Positions 52,942-64,000 of a stretch of DNA of 64,000 nt are shown here, piece by piece. The stretch lies in NCBI RefSeq assembly GCF_964204645.1, contig NC_134035.1:10262451-10326450 (forward strand). Reading direction: 5' to 3'. A program made the translations under genes and the position numbers. The stretch comes from Tubulanus polymorphus (Eukaryota > Animalia > Nemertea). Positions within the stretch are counted from its first letter, which is position 1. The number at the start of each line of letters is the position of its first letter. The notes under the pieces are model-generated. The model was not told where the DNA came from. It was given only the letters and a program-made list of their open reading frames with translations, and did not search any database.

Positions 52942-55900
52942 TTATTTAAAGCACAGTAAACAAACTCGGCCATCGACGACGCATGTTGTATGGAATGCAT
53001 GACCGCATGGATACATCGATACCGTTGAATTTGAGTCGGACACTCGCTGTGTCAGTTCAACATTACAGCATACGCATACACCAGAAACACATCCGACTGT
53101 ACCCCAGTGAGTTTCAGGGTTATCCCAGTTTCGACCCTCGCAACGATGCTCGAAACGCTCCAACTGCAAACACAAATAAGAGCGTCTACAATTTCCACGG
53201 GTCCCTCCATTCTAATCTAGCCGATATAGACACAGGTCAAATACGGAATGACTAATACCAGCTCACTTACCAAATTTGAGACTTCATTCCCATTCTCTTC
53301 CTGTTCAATAAGATACATCAAATCCGACGGAAGTTGTGGAGAATGTTGTTTCCATAAATAAGTGTTCACTTGTTCCAGTAGTAGATAACTCAACCGACTA
53401 CAAATGATGATGATGGTGATGATGCGATCAAGTAATGAGAAGGTAAACATTTCTGATACACGCAAGAGAAATAACATTTTAGGGTCCCTAAATATATCAA
53501 TCATTCCTGGATATAAGGAGTTTTAGAGGAGAAAATTTCAAGGAAGTGTCTGCATCACTTTCATAGTCCAATTCTGTAGACTCTTCCTAAATCGGCATTG
53601 TTTATCTGGTTCAGTGGTTTTGTAAGCAATTTTCTATCATATACACAACCTAAACTCTAAACCGATTTAGGGGAAGTCGACTTACAACTACAAACTAGAC
53701 AAAAATTTCTACTTGCTTATTTCTCAAAAGGAGTTTTTCTTGAAGGAGTTTTAAAGGAGTTTTGGGGCATTTTGCTCAAATTAAAGGAGTTTCAAGTACC
53801 TTTAGACAGATTTTTCGTTTAGAAAGAGTTTTTAAGGAATCAAGGAGTAGTAGCGGCTCGGCGTGTTAATGTTAATCCTACTCACCCCTGTAATTCGTTC
53901 TTTGCCTCTGCGCGGAAACACAGTCTGTAGAAGTCGGATGACAGACAACCACGTGGAATATCAACCTGCGTCAACATCTCCATAGTCACAACGGCATCGA
54001 AATTAAACAGTATCAACCGCGCCAGTTTCTCCCACGTAATCGAACCAGTAAACAAACTATCTATTTCAACGATTTCATCATCAGTATTGTGAAGAGGTGT
54101 AGCGTTATTAGTTCCAGCGAGTTCGTTTAAAGGCTTTTCCTCAATGTTAACTCGTTCTTTAGCTCCACACGGGACGGATTCAAGAATATTTTCACATTTT
54201 ACGCAACGCCATGTTTCCGAACAATCATTCGGCGTATTACCCCGAGCTGTCGTCTCTACATCACTGCTATGACTAGCAGAAGTTGAAGCAGAAGATTCTG
54301 TGATTTCTGGAGCATCGCAGCATTTAGTCTGCATCTCTTTAAAGCGAAGAAGCATCTCCCAATCCAATTTGGATTTCATTAGTCCTGAAATTACAATTTG
54401 AAAATAGAAATTTACAACACTTTCAAGGTTAGGTGTCATAGATTAGAGGTACCATACATTGTAATCTAACCTCCAAGAAAAATGCTTCAAACCTGTCCAT
54501 TATTTCTAGGGTTAGAGTATATTATTCAAACTCAATCATTATTTTCAAGGTTTATCATTAAACCAATATAGTAAATACCTAGGTAAAGGATTTATCCCTA
54601 ATAACAACTTTGATACTCATTCTATGAAATTAGTCAAAAGTCTGTCTATAAGGGCAACTACTAAACAGAAGGAATGAACCTTATTTTACCTGATTGTTTT
54701 CATGAAGTTATACCAGGTTATGGTTTCATGAAAAAAGTTTGAGCTTAAAATGGTGAAGTTTGAACGATTGGCTTCAATGAAAACATTAAATAACCGATAG
54801 CAATAAAACCAAAAATTTTAGCAAAACTTTTTCGTGAAACTGGGCCCAGTAGTTCTAACTGTATATACCTTTGTTAATATAAGCGTTAAGTAAGTCCATG
54901 TCTCCGAGTTGCAACAGGACTTGTAGCTGCAACTCTTTCACCAGATTACTACCACCGGTACAACGTCGCAACCACATGCTCCAACGACAGTACCTCCAAC
55001 ACAAATCCCGCACGGTTTCATCGACGCAACGACTCGTCACGAGAGCAAATAAATCGCGATTTACGGACGTCTCTGATCTGTGAGAAAATGGCCTGAAATA
55101 ATCGAATAGAATTTCCTAATCATTATTAAAAGTGTCGTAAACAGTATATTACGTATCAAACAAGTGAAAATTAATTCAAATTGCTAATACATAATTACTG
55201 GATTGTTTCATAGTTATCAATCTAAATGACTTCTAAATACGGTAAGTATAAGTACATGCATACATCAGTTGAACAGCTAAGTTGCTATGGGATAAGTTGT
55301 TAACATCAGTTTAGTCGTCTGTACTTATAAGTCCTATTTTGTATTTCTTACTAAGTGTAAGTCACCAGTTAGGAAAGTCATTAGGAAAAGTTGAGAGTTG
55401 TTAACATAATGAACGTCCCCCAACTACGACAACTAAAGCAAATTTGACTTTGCAGCAAACTCTGTTCAAGTCAGATGTTTTTGGAAATTTGTCTGATTTG
55501 CGCAATATCAAAGTTGGACGGTTCGAATATTAGAAAGATTTTCCATTAATATCTTAAATGTGGTTTTTTGAGTGGAATTGTCGGAACTCTAATGAGATTA
55601 ACTTGGATCCAACTCGAGTAGAGCCAACTGTGTCATGTATGGGCATCTAGTAGGGGTATAATAGTACATGCAAATACAGCAGACTCCTATCAACTCGAAT
55701 GTCACCAAACTCAAACAACACACGTTAAGAGCATTGCAACAGAAATATATTCCATTTTCTAACTCAAATCATCACTGGTGCCAATTCATTCGAGTGAGGA
55801 GGAGTCTGCTGAACATCTGGACCCAGTTCCACAGTTGTGAGTTAGAGTTAACTCTGAGTTAAAGTTAGTTCATTTTCGATGTTTTAACCGAGAGTCAAAT

Positions 55901-58900
55901 CTTAACTCAGAACTGTGAAACTGGACCCTGAATAACTTTATATCCAACAAACCTCGGCATGCCACAGTCACATCTCATCGTGCTTGTTAATTCTGTATCG
56001 TAACGATCACGTAACAATAACTCGGCATATCGCATACTCAACCAACGATTAGAAGATAATTCTGTCCAAAACGAGTGTCTGATGACCATTTCAGATTACA
56101 AACAGAAAACGATAAATATTCATTTAATCAAAACATGCAATAAATACCGGGATAGAATGAGTTACATACATAACAACACCTTGAATAATATACATGGCTC
56201 ACATTTTCAGTCTTTAGATTGGAACGCCACTTTCTTGAACCTTGTGTTAGGTAAGATTAACCTAAGGTTCATCTCAAATATTACTCAATGCAACAGCGAT
56301 ATTCAAGTTGAAATTAGCCAAATGAACTAATGTCAGGTTTTCATTAGCCAATTATTCTATTAGAGTAAAATAAAGGCCGAAATGGACTGAAAAACCAATT
56401 CCGAAATCCACATGTAAACTACGTGTATAATGTCGACAGGTATCGACGTCTTACCTTGATTCGAATTTTTCAAATGCTGCGTATAAATAAAGCGGCAAAT
56501 AAGGTAATTGTCGATCGAACGACGTCTCAGACATATAATGAACATCGAAGGCATTTATTTCAGGATACAATTCGACACATAGTTTAACTGCTTTATCCAT
56601 GTTCGTTTGAAAATAACTGTGAAGAAAATACAGCAACGAATATCATCAGATTTTTATGATCAGACGAACTAATAAATTACCAGGGGCCCAGTTACACAGT
56701 CATGATTCAAATCTTGAGACTGATTTTGTTGTTAGATTGGCTATAGAACCAAAGTGAACTTAGACTGGTCTTAAGTTTGTTATTTTGGCTATAGCGCCAA
56801 AGTGAACTAAGACTAGTCTTAAGTTGGCTACAGACTCAAAATGGATTTTGGTGCGGTCATTCTAAGCATGACTATGCAACTGGTTCCAGGGCATTCGTGT
56901 TCAATCTTTGACAACTACGGGTATCCATTGTCCAGAGTAAAATACACCAAATATTCTTGGTTAAAGCATTCTCTACATAATCACATTATATTTGTGTAAT
57001 ATTCAATTTGAAACAATAGAGATATTCACCTTTTCATACACGCGAGTATAGCCGGGTGTTTTCTTAGCTGTTTAATGAATGTCAAACCAAATGTTTCATC
57101 AGCGGGCCATGCCTCCAGAATTTTACACGTATTCTGCATTTCACGCGCGTGTCTCTCTAAAAACAGAATCATCAAAGCCAAAATACAATCGAAACCAATA
57201 ATCACCTGCACCTGGTTTCTTAGACTGGGTATCAAAGTTACCAATACGGGTAAATTGGGTGAAAATTGATAAACTATGGCAATAACTGAAGAATAATTTC
57301 AAAATGTTCCTGGGGAACATTTTGCCTCCATATCTACAAAACCTGGCCCAGGTATCAAATTATTTGCAATTTGTGAATGTGAAATTTGGTTCAAATCATT
57401 GCGTACCCGCTAAACACTGCACAAATGCGTTCCACGATTGTTTTCGATTGTCCAAACTGCAATGGCTGAATACTTTGTGAACTTTGTACGGATCGAGCAG
57501 GAAATAATAACAGCGAATGAACGTGCCGATTTCAGAGTCTTCGTCATAAGTTTTGTCTAACGTTTTGCTATCGGTACTTTTTAATTGAGGAAAATCCTGT
57601 ATTTCACCGGACTCTGAATGCTTTGTACGTATCGACGGAATACTGGTTACTCTTGGCTCTTGAAGCTTTGCCTTTGATTCTACAACTTGTCGGTTTTCGT
57701 TTACACACGAATCCCTGTTATCAGTTTCAGTAGTCTGCAAGGCATCAATTGGTGCAGTGCGGACTGGTGGGATGTCAACTGGCAGGGCATTGACTAGTGG
57801 AGCCTTGATGAGTTGGGCATTGGCTGGTGGGCTATCAACTGGTTGAGCAATGACTGGTGGGGCCTTGATGGGTGTAGACTTAACTAGTGTGGTGTCAACT
57901 AGTGTGGAGTCAACTAGTGGGGCATCGACTAGTGGGGCATCGACTAGTGGGGCATCAACTGGTGGGGCATCAACTAGTGGGGTGTCGACTACATGGGCTT
58001 TGACTGGTGGAGCCTTGACTAGTGCAGTGTTGACTGGTGGGGCTTCGACTGGTAGAGAGTCAACTTTTGGGCTATTGACTGGTGATGCATTTTCATCACT
58101 TATCTCATGATTTTTCAAATCAGTCGTGTTCGTTTTCACGCCGCAACACGTGCACGCGCAATTCGCGAAAACATCGGCGAATTTCCGTCGATTGAACAAC
58201 TGACTGGCCGCGTTCCCGTGTACACCGACTGAAAAACACAACTCGGCCAAAAACCGACAATCCGCCAATAAACCCTCGTCCATCTGAAACGGATCGACGA
58301 GATATCGTATCTTCTCAGCGTCGAATCGTTCTTCTATTACACGTTTACGATGGCAACAAATACAGATAGAATTATTATCATCATCATCGTCACCGTTTGA
58401 TTGGACTAGATTTTCATCGGGTTTTAAGTCATTCATCGATGGTAATTCACTCGTCGCTCCAGTTGTTACGTTTTTCTGACTAGATAATTCATCACTAGAT
58501 TCTAAATCACACTTGTCATTACCGCTATAGACATTGTTTGAATCGCGCGATTCACTCGGGTTCGTTTTTTCATCGATTTCCATCTCATTTTGATTATCGT
58601 TTCTGACCGATTTGCCACCGACTGACGGTTGTTTCCCTCGTCGTGCCGTTAAGACGAGCACAGCCTCCTGTAGGAGCTGCTCTAGTCGATCCTCGTGATA
58701 TCGATGCAGCGTTTTATGCAGCTCGGCGACCCACTCTTCCAAAATACGGCGTAGAAGAGCGGCGTCTAAAACCACCTTGTGGTTTCTCAATTTTGACCTT
58801 TATGAGAAGATTATTCAAACATACATATTATGTACTAATGAGAGAGAAAACCCACAATATAAATCTAAACAAATGCTATTGTTTTTTTCTTGAAAGAAAA

Positions 58901-61900
58901 AAAATTAATTGAAAAAAAAAAATTCAAGAACATTTCCACCTGAACTTAAGGAAAAAAAATAGCAGTTGTTTAAATTGATGTTGAGGGTTTTCACTCAATA
59001 ATATTCATCAAGAATGGATATGATATAGTATCAACTATTCACAAACATATAGGCCTAAATCATTGTTTTATAGACTGAAAAGAGAACTTCAAAAATGAAA
59101 AGGTCATTACTCACCGAGTAGATGAGGTCGATAGTTTCAAGGAATTTAAATAGGTCTGTTGTTCATATTGCTGATTATGAGAGCTGGAAGTTGAAGCAAT
59201 ACTGGCACTGCGATGTTTCTACAATATGACACGACATGAAATCCTTGTACTAAGATGCAGATATTTATCTGCAGCCTGGACCCACCCCCTTAAGACCTTA
59301 AGAATGATGTCCAAAACTTTCTTCCTGTTTTCGATCATTGCAGGCTCCCAAGAACTTCACAAAAAATGAATTAACAAGTGAACTACAACCAGATATCAGC
59401 GTACTAAGTATTTTCCCTGAACTTATTTCCTTCGACCTGCCCAACACTACACAAGGCATAGTGATAAGTTTTCAGGTTTCTTTATCCTGGTTAATGGGAT
59501 AGAGGCCAGGGGGGAACCTCTCTGCATGCAAGAAACTCTGCAACCACTGGGATTTGAACCCATGAACCCTGGATTGATGAGGGACGAGTGGCTTAAACCA
59601 CTCAGCCACTTCACCTCTCTTTTTCCTTGCCTCTGTAGCACTCACCTTAAACTGACCATCCTGATAAACCATGATATGAGTTTGAGCTCCGAACACGTCT
59701 GCTTTCAGAACATCGACGACCGGATCAAACGTTTTTTTCACCCGATCCAACAATCGTTCCGTTTGTTGCTTCGCTTTCGACATCACTTTCATCGTAGTTT
59801 TCTTCGTAACGACTGACATGGGCGCCACCTGCTGAGCATCCGCTAGATTAATAATTCTGTTTGTTGCGATCGCGGCTGGTTGAGGTTCAGCGATGGGTGG
59901 AGGTGTGACTGAGCGCCTATGTTCAATTATCGCTGCAGGTTTAGAATTCAGTATTTTCCCGGATGTGACTGGCATGAATTCGGCCGATGGTTTCGTAGCG
60001 ATACTCGCCGACGTGGTGCGTCCACGCAGATGAGCTTCAGATAGAAAAAAAAAAAACCAAAATCATGTCATATAATTTCATGTACTTTTCAGGGATCATG
60101 GTCCTCCATATGCTGAGATTTTAGAGAGACTGCCTTCATTCATTCCTTTGTGCAGAGCATTGTGATTGCTGAAATACCAAATCTTTTGGTTTCGCCAAAA
60201 ACATAGAAAATCGCGCTTAATCTTAGTACAATCTGCAATTGTTCATGTGAATGAATATCATCTAGAGCAGCTTCGATTCAAAATATGCCAAACAGAAATA
60301 AGCCATTGTGAGCGCTAGTCTAAATTCATTTAAACCGATGTTGGTAGCTGGAAAGAATGTGCGAAAAAAAAAAAAAATCTAGTGACTCACCGGGTGCTGT
60401 TTTCGGCACGCCTAATTCCACGACTTTCGGCGGTTTCTTCGTTTTCTTCTTGCGCGTTTTTGTTTGATTAACATTGTTGTCACTAGGTGGCGCCGCTGAC
60501 GAAGATGAATCATGAACGCCGCCCGACTGATCGATGAGCAAACCGTTCAAACTGGAATACGAATTATTACGCGAGATTCCTCGCACTGATTCGGGGATGT
60601 CGGCGTTGTCGACGGCGTCCGATAAAACCAAACTCGTAAAACTATCGTTCGACGTCGCGCGTTTCATCGACGGGCTTCGACTCCCGGATGGAGCGATCAC
60701 GATCGACGCCTTGCTTTCGACGTCGATGAAATTCGGACGTTTAACGGAGCCGGGAACTTCGAACGTGGCGCGAGTTTCCGCGATATTATCCGTGAAATCT
60801 ATAGGTTTCTCGGTCGATCGAATTTTGACGGCGATTTCGTTTGAATTAATCATATTTTCTATAATATGTTCATCGTTAAGATCGATCTCGTTGAACTCTT
60901 CACTCATAACGGCCGAATGAGCGGGTGTTATAACTACACTTATATCGTTTCCGATATTCTCTAAATCATTTTCTTCTAGATTCGGTTCGAGCTCCGCGAG
61001 CGACTCGTGATGATCGGAATTCATAAACGGCAAATCGAGATCGTTCACTTTGTTGTTCACTTTGTACATTCCGTTCTCCAGCGGTATCGGACTACCGTTG
61101 TTATTTTCGAAGTCCGACTCCGGGTCGGGCGTCTCGAGTTTCAACAGAATCAACTCTAACTGTTCTAACTCGTCGGCGCGATGCGGCATGCGCGATATTT
61201 CGTATTTGACGCGGTCGATCGCGTCGTACGGAATCGTTCGCCTCGCCGACGCGGGAATCACGACCGATTGGAATCGTCGTAACAACGCGGCGCTCAACGA
61301 CCAGTATTCGGCTCGGATGAGTTTAATGATGCATCGTTCGATCGGTTCGAACGACAGACGACTGACGCGACAATCACCGTGAAGAATATACAGGTCGTTC
61401 GCGAATGTAACCGCGCTTAGAATATCTAAAACATTTAATGAATTGTTACGTATAAATTTAATATATTTCACGTGATTTGAGAATGGGAGAATGACGCCAT
61501 CGTCATAGGACGTATCGCAAATAAAGCTCAGTCGTAACATCGCCCGAAATCTATGAGTTAACATTTTTATTTAGTGCCGAAACTCAAAGAAAAGATCCCA
61601 GGACTAGCAGAGAAACAATAAGGAATATTACCATTATCGGATTAGGGTTCTTCCCCCAGTGGCTGAGCTCACAGAGCCACACAGTGCATCCCCAGGTGGT
61701 GGATCGCAAAGCCAGAAGAGCTGTCACTCATTCATCGGAGCATAGAGAGATTCTCACATTACTGTATCATTCATAGGGGCTATTTGATTGTTAGAAGTAT
61801 GTACCTATGCTTCAAGGGGCTGGGGAAAATTGACCAATTCTCCAAAAGGTTGTGTAATGTCAAAATTGTGTACAGGGGTGAAGTAAACGTATTTTATGAA

Positions 61901-64000
61901 CAGCACATAAAGGGTTTTGTGACAAAAGTTAGATAAAAGGATATCGGGGACTGGCCAGAGGTCGGAGAGAAATGGTCATGAGTGACCAGCCAAAATATCT
62001 AGCATCTAACTTTTGTTCATCATTATTCAATTAGGTAAAATGAAGAATTAATGAATTTACCTTGGACTTCATCTGTCCAGAACAACACCGATGGTATAAT
62101 AGGATCGATAATGTACACAGCGTTTTGCGATTGAGTCATCAAGAACTTTTTGCTGGAAGATATGAACGTTTTTCTAGAATATACAGAGAATAACTTAGTT
62201 ACGGTGGTTCACTTTTCGTAGAGAGTCCAATGAACGATAAACCCACAAAAATAACAAATTCATTTCCAAAAATGAAATAATCCAACGCGATTGATTTCAC
62301 TAATTCAATTCAGCCTCATCAGGTATACCGTAACTAAATAGAATAACAATGTAGAGAAGGGCACATAAGCCCACAGAAATAAAGTACTATTTAGAGAATG
62401 AATACAAGATTTACACAGATCAATAGGTGTAACAGTAAAGCATCTATAATATATTGAGGGTATAAGAGGTACCAATAGCAAAAAGATGCGAGTTAAGTTT
62501 AGGTTGGCATTATTCAACGAATCAGCAAAATCAATCATGTTGGATTAAATTATTTTTCAAAATGAATTTTGTTTTTGTTGTGGTTTTTTGTTGGTAGAGA
62601 TGTACGTAAACATGAAAATTACCATATTTTCTGGATATGTTGAAAGTTGACGATTTTTGGCGCATGTTCTGTGCCGAGACAGGTAAAATCAACAGTACCG
62701 CTTCTACAAAATATATACATCCAATAAAGCATCACTTCAGCAGCTCAGATTTGATTCGCGAATCTATAAAAAAACTCATACCTCGGTTTGAGAACCGTCA
62801 TCGGTGCGATGGCGAGAAGTTCTTTGAAAGCATGAGTGCAGCGAACAGCACCGTCGAATCCAGCTTCCCACATGCGCGACTTAGGCCGAGCGCAATAGAT
62901 AACCGGATCTGAAGTGGCTGACTTGTGGTAAAATACGGCCCCGAACTGTCCATCACTATAATACCGTAGATAATACATTTCATGAAAGTTACTTATTTGT
63001 ATAACGATAACCACACTCAAGCGCGGTGAACAGATAATAAGATAAAAACCCACTATCTACAGATGAAAAACGTCGTGTCTTATATATATTTTAGATTGAA
63101 TAAATAAATTCTTGTTTTTAAATTCTTTTAATCTGTAGATAGTGGGTTTTTATCTTATTACTTATTTGTAGTGCTGGTAATTGATTTCTGATTAAAAATA
63201 TCTCGAGTCCTGAACAATCAGAAATTGAAAGAATGGTGATATAATATAGAATGTGTGCGGAATGGGTACAGGCCGCAGTATTGATACCCGTATAAAGGAG
63301 TCATTGATTTACCGAAGTTGTCGACCGATTTGATGAAATACTCTCTTCTGCGTTTCACATATATAACACCGGGTCACCGTCGACACGAGTAACGATCCCT
63401 TACACGAGCTCAACTGGACGATACCACTTTCTAAAGACAAAATTACCTCAAACGGTACCTGAAAACATTTCAGTCAGTGTTGGTATCTTTTACAACGATT
63501 CGTTCATTTCTACTTTATCCTTCGAGTCAATGGTAACCCAAGGGACACAGTGTCGTGATAGGAAGGATTTAAGGATCGGGCATCTTACGAATGCAATTTT
63601 GATCATGTTTTAAGGACTAATGCATCATTGGAAACTAATTCCGAATGAACAATTATGAAGCAAAACTATGTATAGAGTGTTAGTGTTTTGACTCAATTAC
63701 ACGAGCCACTTTCAGAACTGTCATTGAAGATGGCTCAAAGAATTGAATCGAAACGTCACTTCTTAGTTTTTCTCAACAATTGTCCGATTTTACTTGAATT
63801 GAATGATAGACAATCACTTGTTCATGGAAACTGCGCTAGATAATCTTCAGGATCGATATGGTTAAACACCTACCAGTAGATAGTCCTTCTTTGATAAAGG
63901 AACGTTGATAACCGACACAAAACCAGCGTCATCACCGATGAATACCTGCGTGCCAGTGGCTAACCATTCAATCGAAGTTACGGAACGTTTCTCGTGTAGA
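52942..64000 (-). CDS. HPS5: Hermansky-Pudlak syndrome 5 protein homolog (BLOC-2 subunit; Drosophila pink), 5'-truncated by the window edge; 16 exons visible
   Basis: Minus-strand exons: 64000-63874, 63458-63313, 62955-62782, 62703-62623, 62152-62061, 61425-60391, 60034-59646, 59218-59115, 58797-57407, 57156-57030, 56616-56455, 56078-55953, 55092-54869, 54384-53886, 53397-53271, 53163-52942 (TAA). All introns are GT-AG with a continuous frame (~1674 aa visible). WD40 part HEKRSVTSIEW..VFIGDDAGFVS, IVQLSSCKGSLLVSTVTRCYICET, IGRQLRDGQFGAVF, IYCARPKSRMWEAGFDGAVRCTHAFKELL matches remembered HPS5 motifs ([29 protein letters not shown]). Later motifs: CDCGMPRPFSH and LLEQVNTYLWKQ. Confidence 0.93.
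55820..55927. mobile_element. Short TIR MITE with CTG target duplication (PIF/Harbinger-like)
   Basis: ctg|gacccagttccacagtt...aactgtgaaactggacc|ctg. Inverted sister copy at 33074-33166, fragment at ~27630-27680. Confidence 0.6.
57738..58085 (-). repeat. Coding 15-bp minisatellite (V-D/K/N-A/S/T-P-P/L pentapeptide, ~23 units) within an HPS5 exon
   Basis: ...VEAPPVNTALVKAPPVKAHVVDTPLVDAPPVDAPLVDAPLVDAPLVDSTLVDTTL... in frame in exon 58797-57407. Confidence 0.9.
59447..59620 (-). mobile_element. tRNA-derived SINE in an HPS5 intron
   Basis: Minus-strand A box TGGCTGAGTGG and B box GGTTCAAATCC. Homologous fragments at 30321-30716. Confidence 0.6.
63034..63160. mobile_element. Truncated family-1 element with inverted terminal copy in an HPS5 intron
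   Basis: ataataagataaaaacccactatctacagat / atctgtagatagtgggtttttatcttatta enclose aaacgtcgtgtc plus tail. A 13-bp direct repeat ttacttatttgta lies at 62989-63001 and 63158-63170. Confidence 0.65.
63718..63780 (+). mobile_element. Degenerate hammerhead-like element, family 4, in an HPS5 intron
   Basis: tTGAAGA-tggctcaa-agaa-ttgaatc-GAAACGTC. Core C3 is mutated and helix II is imperfect. Confidence 0.35.

Noticed and set aside
57850-61382. Plus-strand ORFs 57850-58110, 58643-58912, 60534-60920, 61050-61382
   Set aside because: Antisense shadows of HPS5 exons.
48438-63873. Minor-spliceosome (U12) or non-canonical introns
   Set aside because: All 23 reconstructed introns are GT-AG without the RTATCCTT donor.
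48357-64000. FUZ-HPS5 adjacency as a functional trafficking cluster (FUZ is related to MON1/HPS1)
   Set aside because: They belong to different complexes (CPLANE versus BLOC-2), are convergently oriented, and there is no evidence of conserved synteny from this window; probably coincidence.

Overview
Intron-rich, repeat-rich eukaryotic DNA from an invertebrate animal (inferred from gene content; the species cannot be established from the sequence). The right quarter holds two tail-to-tail protein-coding genes that I reconstructed by hand with GT-AG introns and a continuous reading frame. The first is a complete 9-exon Fuzzy (FUZ) gene on the + strand, 48357-52070, 427 aa. The second is the 3' 16 exons of a long HPS5 (BLOC-2 subunit) gene on the - strand, 52942 to beyond 64000, with at least 1674 aa visible, an internal pentapeptide repeat and a C-terminal RING-H2 finger. 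The left ~48 kb has no credible coding ORF. It looks like giant 5' introns of an unidentified minus-strand gene that shares a short bidirectional promoter with FUZ (candidate exons ~47933-48030, 26540-26601, possibly 1755-1805). This region is a mosaic of CpG-rich unique blocks and CpG-poor blocks of MITEs, SINE remnants, mini- and microsatellites. The most notable hidden signal is a dispersed set of short (~100-170 nt) elements carrying minimal type-I hammerhead ribozyme motifs (CTGANGA-stem II-GAAACGTY). They fall into up to four sequence families and are typical of Penelope-like retroelement termini or retrozymes. Most are inserted as inverted pairs forming long hairpins, two of them with 13-14 bp flanking direct repeats. 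Almost all short ORFs in the supplied track outside the FUZ and HPS5 exons are spurious.
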